A stretch of 64,000 nt of DNA from Candidatus Heimdallarchaeota archaeon (lineage in GTDB: Archaea; Asgardarchaeota; Heimdallarchaeia; Heimdallarchaeales; Heimdallarchaeaceae). Position 1 is the stretch's first letter. Every line of letters begins with the position of its first letter. The notes under the pieces are model-generated. The model did not search any database, was not told where the DNA came from, and saw only the letters and a program-made list of their open reading frames with translations. Where the stretch lies: NCBI GenBank assembly GCA_019057375.1, contig DXJF01000011.1:32001-96000 (forward strand), given 5' to 3'. Shown piece by piece: positions 10,250-19,085 of this stretch. Made by a program: the position numbers and the translations under genes.

Positions 10250-10861
10250 GTGATTAACGTTACAATAGCAACTAAGAATTTTAGGTTTTTGTATAGACTT
10301 AATGAAATCTTAGGCGGTATTAAAGAAATAAAAACAAATCACATTTTACCTAACGAATTTATTCCTGAAAATACAGATGTAGTTATAACAACTGAGATTG
10401 AAAAAAAATCTGTTGACTGGAAAAAAAAATTCATACCAAAAGCATTCAATCGTTATTATTTGTATTCCAATATTTGTTTAATGTATATTGGAAAAGAGAG
10501 TTTTTCTGAAGTAATCATAGGAATAGATCCAGGAAAAACCATTGGATATGCTGTTGTTGCTGATGGGGAAACTATCATAAGCGTATCCGAAATTTACACA
10601 GCTGTTGACGCCGTCAAAGAAGTAATATCCACCTTTTTCAATATTGAAACAAATAAGCTAATCATCAAAATAGGGGTTGGGGGCGGGAAAATTAAGGAAG
10701 AGATAGTTCAAAGACTGAATGAGATTTTTCATGATAAAGTTCCCATACATATAGTTAGAGAAGATTTTACATCAAAAACAAAACTAACTTCAACAGAAGA
10801 AAAATTTAGCAAAAACATAACAGCAGCTTTATTGATTGCAGCTAGAGAGAGCTATGTTTAA
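10250..10861 (+). CDS. RNase H-fold (YqgF/RuvC-like) protein
   Basis: IIGIDPGKTIGYAV, VREDFTS, KNITAALLIA motifs. Confidence 0.65.
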   Translation: MINVTIATKNFRFLYRLNEILGGIKEIKTNHILPNEFIPENTDVVITTEIEKKSVDWKKKFIPKAFNRYYLYSNICLMYIGKESFSEVIIGIDPGKTIGYAVVADGETIISVSEIYTAVDAVKEVISTFFNIETNKLIIKIGVGGGKIKEEIVQRLNEIFHDKVPIHIVREDFTSKTKLTSTEEKFSKNITAALLIAARESYV

Positions 10862-10986
10862 TATTCTTTATTGGATTCTCAAGAAATAGAGTTTTTGCAT
10901 TACCCAAATATCTAAAAGTATTTAAAAGTTCATAGTATAAAACTACCGTTCGAAATTTATAACAAAATTGTAAAGAGGAAAGAGAA

Positions 10987-11871
10987 TTGATGGAAGGCGT
11001 TGTAATGCAAGATAAGACAATTGAAGAAATGATTGAGGAAATACAAAAACAGTATAACATCGTTGGAAGAATAGGTGAGCTCCGAAAATGTTTAGCTGCT
11101 AAACTAGCGAACCGCCACATTTTGCTTGAGGGTGATGTTGGTGTGGGAAAGACAACACTTGCAAATGCAATGGCATCATATTTTTCACAAAATCTAGAAA
11201 GAGTTGACGGTGATGAAAGATATAGTTCTGCTAAACTTGTAGGTCATTTTGATCCTCCAATGGTAATTGAACAAGGTTATTCATGGGATTCTTTTGTTAC
11301 AGGTCCATTGACAAAAGCTATGAAACAAGGTGCTATCCTCTTTCTTAATGAATTAAACAGAATGCCAGAAGGCACTCAAAATGTTCTCCTTTCAGCTATG
11401 GATGAGGGAATTATTATTATTCCAAAACTTGGAGAAGTTAAAGCACAAGAAGGTTTTTTCATTATTAGTGCAATGAATCCTGCTGAACTTGTTGCAACAA
11501 CCCCACTAAGTGAAGCTTTGAGAGACAGATTTGTCTGGATAAGGTTGCAATATCAATCAGAGGAAGAAGAGGAAAATATAGTTAGAGTGCGAACAGGCAT
11601 AAAGGATGATAAAATCATAAAAATAGCTGTAAAAATTGTTAGGCAGACAAGAGATTGGCCTGATTTAAGAAGAGGGGCATCTATCAGAGGAGCACTTGAT
11701 TTAGCGTCTATAATACGTTTTCTTGAATCTAATGATATCGAATCATGGATTGATGGTTCTATTATGGCTCTTGCAACCAAAATAGAATTGGAAGATGGGG
11801 TAGAAAGCCAAATTGAAGATGTGGTTAAAGACATTGTTCAAAGTGCCTTTAAAGATTTGGATTTTTTCTAG
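10987..11871 (+). CDS. MoxR-family AAA+ ATPase
   Basis: Walker A GDVGVGKT, Walker B variant LFLNELNR, AMNP, ALRDRF. Confidence 0.9.
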   Translation: MMEGVVMQDKTIEEMIEEIQKQYNIVGRIGELRKCLAAKLANRHILLEGDVGVGKTTLANAMASYFSQNLERVDGDERYSSAKLVGHFDPPMVIEQGYSWDSFVTGPLTKAMKQGAILFLNELNRMPEGTQNVLLSAMDEGIIIIPKLGEVKAQEGFFIISAMNPAELVATTPLSEALRDRFVWIRLQYQSEEEEENIVRVRTGIKDDKIIKIAVKIVRQTRDWPDLRRGASIRGALDLASIIRFLESNDIESWIDGSIMALATKIELEDGVESQIEDVVKDIVQSAFKDLDFF

Positions 11872-11885
11872 AAGAGGGAGGAGAT

Positions 11886-12950
11886 TTGTATAAAGAGGAC
11901 GTACAGCGTCCTTTTGTCTTTAGAGGAAAGATGGACAAAAACAGATTACTAGAAGCCGAAATTGTTTCAGGAAAGAGGAATCCTTCAGTATACTCCAGTC
12001 TTTCGGAAGGAATGAGTTACTACGAAATCAAAAAACAAACTGAATTAGCAATTGATGTTGATAACATGCCCGCTATTCAAGGCTTAGCAGTTTCGAATAA
12101 ATTTGCTGTCGCTGAAGCACTCAATTCTAAGAAAGGATATACCATGGTTGCTAGACGTGCAGCTAAGGGAGATAATAGTGCTCCAGAATTATTTTTCATG
12201 CTAAGATCTGCATTGGATGAAAGGACTAGACCTGTTTTTCGTAGACTAGCAAGACAAGTTATTTTGAAATCTGCATTTGGAATCACCAGTCAAGGTATCA
12301 GGGGAGAAGTTTACGAACAAACAGAGTATGAAATAGGGTTAGATGAGTTTGATATTGATGAAACACTTGAACGTTTTCTACAAAACAGAAGTAGGATTCT
12401 TCAAACAGAAGATATTGTTAGTTTAGAAAGAAAGGAAAGGATGAAAACAGCTGTTTTAATGTTTGATACTTCAGGTTCATTGTATGGTGAGAGGTTTACA
12501 ACAGCAGCTTTGACTGTTGCTGTAATGTCTTATAATCTTTCTAGGGATAATTTCAGTGTAGTCCTCTTCAATACTCAAGCTTATACAATTAAACGAATTA
12601 AAGAAAAGGTGAAATCTGAGGAACTCATTAATAGAATTCTGGAAAGCGAAAGTGCTGGTTATACCAATATAGCTGAAGGATTAAGATTTGGTGGACTAGA
12701 GCTTGATAAAATTAAGAAGAGAAATAAATTTGGTGTCCTTGTAACAGATGGTGCATTCAATAGAGGGGGCGATCCGCGTCCATTGCTGAAATATTTTCCC
12801 CGTTTGCATGTAATCTCACTTCCAAGTAAACATGATTGGGGTAGAAGGGTTTGCAAAGATCTAGCCAGACTTGGTGGAGGTAAATATGCAGAAGTTTCAA
12901 GTCACCACCAAATACCAAGAATTCTGATGAAGTTACTTAGAGAAGCATAG
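11886..12950 (+). CDS. VWA-domain protein (MoxR partner)
   Basis: MIDAS DTSGS...GYTNI...VTDG; adjacent to MoxR. Confidence 0.9.
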   Translation: MYKEDVQRPFVFRGKMDKNRLLEAEIVSGKRNPSVYSSLSEGMSYYEIKKQTELAIDVDNMPAIQGLAVSNKFAVAEALNSKKGYTMVARRAAKGDNSAPELFFMLRSALDERTRPVFRRLARQVILKSAFGITSQGIRGEVYEQTEYEIGLDEFDIDETLERFLQNRSRILQTEDIVSLERKERMKTAVLMFDTSGSLYGERFTTAALTVAVMSYNLSRDNFSVVLFNTQAYTIKRIKEKVKSEELINRILESESAGYTNIAEGLRFGGLELDKIKKRNKFGVLVTDGAFNRGGDPRPLLKYFPRLHVISLPSKHDWGRRVCKDLARLGGGKYAEVSSHHQIPRILMKLLREA

Positions 12951-12954
12951 GTGG

Positions 12955-14979
12955 GTGGAAAAAATCCAACCTAGTAAGAAGAGAAAAAAGAAAAACATTC
13001 CTTATTTAGGCCCGAATCTTTTGTTCTATTGTTACGATTGTTCTTTGCCAATAATTGGCTCTCATACATGTCCCATTTGTAGTAACAAAGTAAATTTAGT
13101 TCCTTTAACCCCTCCTTATGATGTAAGACCTTCAACCCCGTATGAGACCTCAGAAGTTATAGATTTAATAAAATCCACCTTTGGCAATAATACAAAAATA
13201 ATACATGTGGATGACATTTTACTACTCAACCATATTGGGTCTGAAGATCACATGGACGAAATTATTTTCTATGGAAAGAGTATTGGAACAAGAAGATATG
13301 ATTTAACTTCCAATGGCTGGATTCTCAAACTTAATGGTTATGGATTATCTTTATTGAGTGAAAGTAAAATCAACAAATGGGTTATGATTGATGATGGTGC
13401 AATAGAATATATCATCAAAGGAGCTAGTGTTTTGATTCCTGGTATCATTGATGCTGATGAAAATATCAAAGTTGGAGACTATATTGCCATTATAGATAAA
13501 AAGCACAAAGTTATTGCTGGGGGAATTGCAAGGTTAGACGATACAGAAAGGAAAGAGAAAAAGAAAGGGGTATATGCTAAAACCTACCAAGCTGCGGAGG
13601 AATATGTTCAAGTTCATTATACAAAACGATCGTGGAAGGACATAGTAAAATGGAATGAACAAGAACTAATGCGTTTAGAGAAGAAGGCATTATTCTTCAT
13701 ACAAAAAATAATAGATGACTTAGAACTGCCTGTAATGGTTTCTTATAGTGGGGGGAAAGATAGTTTAGTAACATTATCTCTAGTTAAGCAAGCTTTACCT
13801 GACGGCAATTATGATGTTCTATTTGTTGACACTGGAATTGAATTTCCTGAAACGGTAAACTATGTAAAAGAAAGCAGTAGGAAATTAGGATTCGAAAATA
13901 AATTAATTATAGAACAAGTATCTTCCAAAGTTTTTTGGGATGCTTTTGAAAAATTCGGACCACCAGGAAGAGATTTTCGTCACTGTTGTAAATTTGCAAA
14001 ACTAGCTCCCATTCAACGAGTAATAGACAAGCTCTATCAAGGAGGACAGTGTGTTAGTTTTGTAGGACAAAGGAGATATGAGTCGTTTCGACGAGCTATT
14101 ACTGATATTTGGCAGAATCAATATGTTCCAAACCAAATCAATGTATCTCCAATTCAGAATTGGAATGCTCTTATGATTTGGCTATATATTTACTGGAAAG
14201 ATTTACCGTACAATCCACTTTATAACACAGGATATGAGAGAATAGGATGTTGGGTTTGTCCATCCTCAGACATGGCACAGTTTAAGATTCTAGAGAAGAA
14301 TCATCCAAAACTTTATACAAAACTCCATTCAGCAGTTGAAAAATGGAGAGAAGAAAAAAGTCTACCAAACGGTTTCTGGGAATATGGATTATGGAGATTC
14401 AAGCAAATTCCAACGAAGATTTCAAACATTTTTTCTTTGGATCTTAATGACTTTAGAATCACATCTAAACAGAATGAATTATCATTTATAGAAATAGAAG
14501 CTAGTGACTGCATCACTAATCCAGTTACAGTTATTGGTGGTTTTTCGAATAAAATAAACCTAGACATCGTATCAAGTGCACTAATTATGGTAGGAAAAGT
14601 TCAATTCAATCACAAACTTAACTTTATTCGTGTGTCCAGTAAGAAGTTTTCAGTTATTCTGTACCATGATGGCTCCTTCAAAATTATTTTCAGAAAGCAG
14701 GATAATCTCACAAAGTATGGTATTCAAAATGTAATTGAAAATTTCATTTACACAGTTTTAAGAGCAGTGGAATGTATAAATTGTGAGCTTTGTGTTGGAA
14801 AATGTAAGCTTAAAGCCATATCAATCAACAATAATATTATTTTTGTTGACAAAAAGAGATGCACTAAATGTAATTTGTGTGCAGAAGCTTGCCCAATTGT
14901 CACAATTGTTCATAAGAAGGTCAAAGAAACTATAAAACAAACATTAAAAGAAAATAAACTTCAACAAATTTTAGCATAA
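12955..14979 (+). CDS. PUA + PAPS-reductase-family PP-loop protein with C-terminal 4Fe-4S ferredoxin
   Basis: Zn ribbon, PUA (IDDGA..YIIKGASVLIPGI), SYSGGKDS, HCCK, RIGCWVCP, two CxxCxxCxxxC. Confidence 0.88.
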   Translation: MEKIQPSKKRKKKNIPYLGPNLLFYCYDCSLPIIGSHTCPICSNKVNLVPLTPPYDVRPSTPYETSEVIDLIKSTFGNNTKIIHVDDILLLNHIGSEDHMDEIIFYGKSIGTRRYDLTSNGWILKLNGYGLSLLSESKINKWVMIDDGAIEYIIKGASVLIPGIIDADENIKVGDYIAIIDKKHKVIAGGIARLDDTERKEKKKGVYAKTYQAAEEYVQVHYTKRSWKDIVKWNEQELMRLEKKALFFIQKIIDDLELPVMVSYSGGKDSLVTLSLVKQALPDGNYDVLFVDTGIEFPETVNYVKESSRKLGFENKLIIEQVSSKVFWDAFEKFGPPGRDFRHCCKFAKLAPIQRVIDKLYQGGQCVSFVGQRRYESFRRAITDIWQNQYVPNQINVSPIQNWNALMIWLYIYWKDLPYNPLYNTGYERIGCWVCPSSDMAQFKILEKNHPKLYTKLHSAVEKWREEKSLPNGFWEYGLWRFKQIPTKISNIFSLDLNDFRITSKQNELSFIEIEASDCITNPVTVIGGFSNKINLDIVSSALIMVGKVQFNHKLNFIRVSSKKFSVILYHDGSFKIIFRKQDNLTKYGIQNVIENFIYTVLRAVECINCELCVGKCKLKAISINNNIIFVDKKRCTKCNLCAEACPIVTIVHKKVKETIKQTLKENKLQQILA

Positions 14980-15031
14980 ATAATCATTAACGCTAATCAT
15001 AACATTTTTTTATAAATAGATTGAGCTTGCA

Positions 15032-15460
15032 TTGATAATTATGCCAGCAAACCCTAATCGTGAGTTTTTACTAGAACTTAGTGGTCTTGTTAACAAGAGA
15101 GTAAAAATCTCTCTGAATAATGAGACAATATATACAGGAGTATTACGTGGAATACAGGATAATTCTCTTAACGTTGTTTTAGCAGACGCAAATTGTGGAG
15201 ATGAAAGTTACTTTAGAGTTTTTATCACTGGTTCTAATATTGTTGAAATAACTTTAGCTGAAGAGCCATTTGATTTATCAGGATTAGCAGGTGAGCTTTC
15301 TCAAATGTTTCAACCACAAAACGTTAAAATTATTGAAGAAGCAGCCATCATTCAAGTTTTTGACAGATTTACTGTTAGTGAAGATGGTGTGAAAGGAACT
15401 GGACCTATTTCAGAGAGAATCCAAAAAATCTACGATAAATACAAAGCAGAAAAAGGATAG
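15032..15460 (+). CDS. Augmented Sm-like protein (SmAP3/Lsm type)
   Basis: Sm1/Sm2 motifs (YTGVL...LNVVLADA...FITGSNIVEI) plus ~60-aa C-terminal domain. Confidence 0.85.
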   Translation: MIIMPANPNREFLLELSGLVNKRVKISLNNETIYTGVLRGIQDNSLNVVLADANCGDESYFRVFITGSNIVEITLAEEPFDLSGLAGELSQMFQPQNVKIIEEAAIIQVFDRFTVSEDGVKGTGPISERIQKIYDKYKAEKG

Positions 15461-15494
15461 AGCGAGACTTACAATCGCTTTTTTTTTCTTTTTT
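15461..15494 (+). terminator. Hairpin plus T-tract after the Sm gene
   Basis: AGCGA-gacttacaa-TCGCT followed by a long T run. Confidence 0.5.
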
Positions 15495-15515
15495 AGAAGG
15501 CGGAAGGAATGACAA

Positions 15516-17090
15516 ATGGATGAGATAATTTCCTCGGACTTGCATGGGAGACTAGGTAAAATCTCTTTACCGAAAGGAGATGTAATTACTCCCACTCTTC
15601 TACCTGTCATAGACCCAAGAAAAAATTTAATCTCTGCACAAGAGATGAAGAAAAAATTTGATTTCAATTTTGTAATAACTAGTGCATATTTGTATTATAA
15701 AAGGTATGGAATGCCAAATGATTCAAAAACTATTCATGAAACATTGGGTTTTGATGGCAATATTATGATGGATAGCGGAGCATACCAAGTTCTTGTTTAT
15801 GGTGATGTAGACATAGATCCAATTCAATCTCTTCAAATACAATCCAATCTAAAAACTGATGTTGGTGTCATTTTAGATGTACCTACTTCTCCAGTAGACA
15901 CATTCACACAAGCCAAGCAGAAAGTCGAAGAAACCGTTAGAAGAATTGGTATATCTCTGGCTCATATAGAAGAACATCCCGAAACTATTTGGACTCTTCC
16001 TATACAAGGAGGAAAAAATACCAAGTTGATTGAATATTACTTGAATGAATTGAAACAAAAGGAATATTTGTCTCATTTTAAATTTCATGCACTTGGAAGT
16101 GTTGCACCTATTATGTCACAGTATGATTTTCTATCATTATTTTCTATGATTAAAAAGTCCAGAGAATTGCTTCCACACAATATTCCTTTCCATTTGTTTG
16201 GAGCTGGTCACCCAATGATCTTTCCATTTGTTGTTGCATTAGGAAGTGACACATTTGACAGTGCAGCTTATATTTTGTACGCAAAAGAGAATCGATATAT
16301 GACAAATACAGGAACATATCATTTGCACGAATTATATGAACTACCATGTAACTGTGAAATTTGCTCAAACTGGACTCCAAAAGAGCTCTTAGATACTGAT
16401 GAGGATACTAGAATAAGAAATATAGCTTTACATAATCTTTATGTCTCTCATGCTGAACTGAAAAGAATTAGAGTCAGTCTAAAGGATGGGAACTTATGGG
16501 AATTGTTAGTTAGAAGATCTAAAGCTCATCCGTCTCTCTATAAAGCATTCAAGCATCTAGCAAATGGTTCTGATATTGGATATCTTGAATATGGCACACC
16601 AATCACAAAACAAACTGGTCTTAAAATTTCTGGGGAAGACTCATTTTATCGTCCTGAATATTCTAAAGGCAGAAAACGGATATATGCTAGATACACTCCC
16701 AATAATTCCAAAATAATCTTTCTTATCTCCTCTGGAAGAAACAATCCTGTAGAATTATTAAACCTTAGAAGTGAATTAGAGGACCTAATAAAATCAAAAA
16801 CAGACGAAATGGATTTCGCTTTTCTTATACCTTTCTTCGGTCTTTTACCATTAGAATTAATTGAAACTTACCCATTCAGTCAATATGTTTTTTCGGCAGT
16901 TCTTTCTGAAGGTTTATTAGAAAATCTAAAACCCGAGATAGAGAAATTCTTAGAAATATTCCAATATAAAGAAATTGTACTATGTCCTCTGGATACTTGG
17001 GAAAACTCAGAAATTCTAATCAAACATATCAAAGAAATACTGATAAGGAAGAACACTTCGTTCAAAGAAAAGAATTTTCGCGAGTTATGA
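15516..17090 (+). CDS. tgtA: Archaeal tRNA-guanine(15) transglycosylase (no C-terminal PUA visible)
   Basis: TPTLLPV, MMDSGAYQ, HLFGAGHP, DTFDSAAY, Zn site CNCEIC...HNL. Confidence 0.92.
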   Translation: MDEIISSDLHGRLGKISLPKGDVITPTLLPVIDPRKNLISAQEMKKKFDFNFVITSAYLYYKRYGMPNDSKTIHETLGFDGNIMMDSGAYQVLVYGDVDIDPIQSLQIQSNLKTDVGVILDVPTSPVDTFTQAKQKVEETVRRIGISLAHIEEHPETIWTLPIQGGKNTKLIEYYLNELKQKEYLSHFKFHALGSVAPIMSQYDFLSLFSMIKKSRELLPHNIPFHLFGAGHPMIFPFVVALGSDTFDSAAYILYAKENRYMTNTGTYHLHELYELPCNCEICSNWTPKELLDTDEDTRIRNIALHNLYVSHAELKRIRVSLKDGNLWELLVRRSKAHPSLYKAFKHLANGSDIGYLEYGTPITKQTGLKISGEDSFYRPEYSKGRKRIYARYTPNNSKIIFLISSGRNNPVELLNLRSELEDLIKSKTDEMDFAFLIPFFGLLPLELIETYPFSQYVFSAVLSEGLLENLKPEIEKFLEIFQYKEIVLCPLDTWENSEILIKHIKEILIRKNTSFKEKNFREL

Positions 17091-17127
17091 ACACAACTAA
17101 AGACTAATTGACTTTTTATAGTATATT

Positions 17128-18084
17128 TTGGATATTTTTATGATGAATAGTGCTAAAAGTCAGGACTTGAATGACCCTCCTCAACCTGGAAAGACTATTA
17201 CTCACTTAGAAGGAGAGATACTTTCCGTTAAAATAAGTAAATGGGGCACACATGGTAAATTAAGCACAAAATTCGGAACCTATGATTATAAATTAAAAGA
17301 TTCCAGCTCTTTAGCAAACAATGTATTAGTTGGGTTAAAATTAACAATAAATAACGGGTATTGTTTTAAGAACAAACAAGATGAATTAGTAGTATCTGAT
17401 GGTAAATTCGGTGATATAAAAACAGAGATAGATATGGATCAATTTTACAGTTTTACTGAAAAAGACATTATCATTACAGGAAAAATTACAATGATTGATC
17501 AACAAGATGAGATATCTATTCTCAAACTAGAATTATTATTTCCTCCACATAAATATCAAGAAATCAGAATTTCCTCTAATGTTAGTAATTTTGATATCAA
17601 TTCAATAAAAATTCAAGACTTAACTGCTGGAAAAATAATAAAGATAAAAGGGGTAGGTTCATATAAAGAACTGGAAATTGAAGATATAGAACTTTTACCA
17701 AAGAATCACTTCCTAAACATGGTTGCTGAAATTGAAAGTGGTAATCTCGAAACATTTACAGCATTTAATCATATAATCCTTAATCAAATACAGCATGTGA
17801 AAAATTTTCATGATTCGTTCAAAAATATTCTCATAAATATGGGGAAAGAAGTTTCTAAGTCGTTGCTCACTGAACTAAAAGAGGTTTTACAGAATAAGAT
17901 TTTTGATGGAAATGTTAAATTTCCATATAATACACTCATTCCACATGCTGACATTGGAGATTATTTTAGCTCAATGCTTACGTTTCTTCGCAATATAATC
18001 AACAGTGATGAAGCTTCAAGCAACCCGGAAGATCTGGTTACTATTCTGAAGTTTTATTATCCTGAATATTCTTGTAAAACATAA
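17128..18084 (+). CDS. Hypothetical protein, probable OB-fold domain(s)
   Basis: LEGEILSV...LTINNGYC...ELVVSDGKFGDI resembles RPA/SSB OB strands; second ITGKI...IIKIKG unit. Confidence 0.4.
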   Translation: MDIFMMNSAKSQDLNDPPQPGKTITHLEGEILSVKISKWGTHGKLSTKFGTYDYKLKDSSSLANNVLVGLKLTINNGYCFKNKQDELVVSDGKFGDIKTEIDMDQFYSFTEKDIIITGKITMIDQQDEISILKLELLFPPHKYQEIRISSNVSNFDINSIKIQDLTAGKIIKIKGVGSYKELEIEDIELLPKNHFLNMVAEIESGNLETFTAFNHIILNQIQHVKNFHDSFKNILINMGKEVSKSLLTELKEVLQNKIFDGNVKFPYNTLIPHADIGDYFSSMLTFLRNIINSDEASSNPEDLVTILKFYYPEYSCKT

Positions 18085-18130
18085 TTAGTAATAAAGAAAA
18101 CTACTATTTTTGAAATTGAAAGATAAAAGA

Positions 18131-18445
18131 TTATTTTCTTTCAATTGCTATTTCAATATGAACATCTTCAGGTACATGGATTCTCATTAGCAATCTCATG
18201 CTCTTTTCTTCTGCATCCATGTCAATAATTCTTTTGTGAAGTTTCATCTCTAGATGATCAAATGTAGCAGTACCATTACCACAAGGAGACTTTCTAACAG
18301 GTAATACTATTCTTTTGGAAGGTAAAGGAATTGGTCCCTTAATACGTACTCCTGTTCTCTCAGCAATCTTTCCAATTTGATTGCAGATTTTTTGTAATGA
18401 TTGCGGGTCATTGCTGATTAATTTGATTCTAGCTCTTTGAGCCAT
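18131..18445 (-). CDS. rpsJ: 30S ribosomal protein uS10
   Basis: ARIKL...GPIPLP..R...RKSPCGNG...HKRIID; SD AGGTGA upstream. Confidence 0.97.
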   Translation of the reverse strand: MAQRARIKLISNDPQSLQKICNQIGKIAERTGVRIKGPIPLPSKRIVLPVRKSPCGNGTATFDHLEMKLHKRIIDMDAEEKSMRLLMRIHVPEDVHIEIAIERK

Positions 18446-18550
18446 TGTTTCACCTTTTGTTAAAAAGTTTAGGTGGTTTTAAGAAGATTTCGTTTTTAGT
18501 AAGAAAATAAAAAAGAAAATTGTGAGAGGTTCAATCCTCTATGAATCTAC

Positions 18551-18949
18551 CTAAACACGATGTTCAAGTGTGTTTTCCAAGCGTTGAATCCTTTCCTCTA
18601 AGGTTTCAATTCTTTTAACAATTTGAATCAATGTCTCTTCAATAGCTGACATTTCTGAACTTGTAGTATGTTGAGAAACAGTTGCAGCTGTCGCAGCTAC
18701 TTCTTTTAGTAATATCTCTGCTTCTGAAGTAATTTCTTTTGTAATTTGGTCAATTATAAAATCATTCAAGTAGAGATTTACTTCAGATACAACAGCTTTG
18801 ATATTTTCAAGAACACCAATTTCGCTGAGTTCTTTGACTATTACCTCTGATTCAACAATTCCATCTAGTTTTATCTGGATATACCACTGACCTTTAACGT
18901 TTGTTAAAGCAATAGCATATCTTGTTCCAGGAACTTTAGTTTCATACAT
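18551..18949 (-). CDS. Hypothetical protein with C-terminal coiled coil
   Basis: 132-aa ORF, heptad tail IETLEERIQRLENTLE. Confidence 0.6.
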   Translation of the reverse strand: MYETKVPGTRYAIALTNVKGQWYIQIKLDGIVESEVIVKELSEIGVLENIKAVVSEVNLYLNDFIIDQITKEITSEAEILLKEVAATAATVSQHTTSSEMSAIEETLIQIVKRIETLEERIQRLENTLEHRV

Positions 18950-19085
18950 CTGTTTAACCTCGTAAATGCAGATATTTTTATTTGATATACAAACTATATC
19001 TTTTAAATTTAAAACATTAACGGAAGTAGAATTTTGATTACTTAAGATAAATCTTTAAACCTACAAGCGTATAACACACTCGAAT

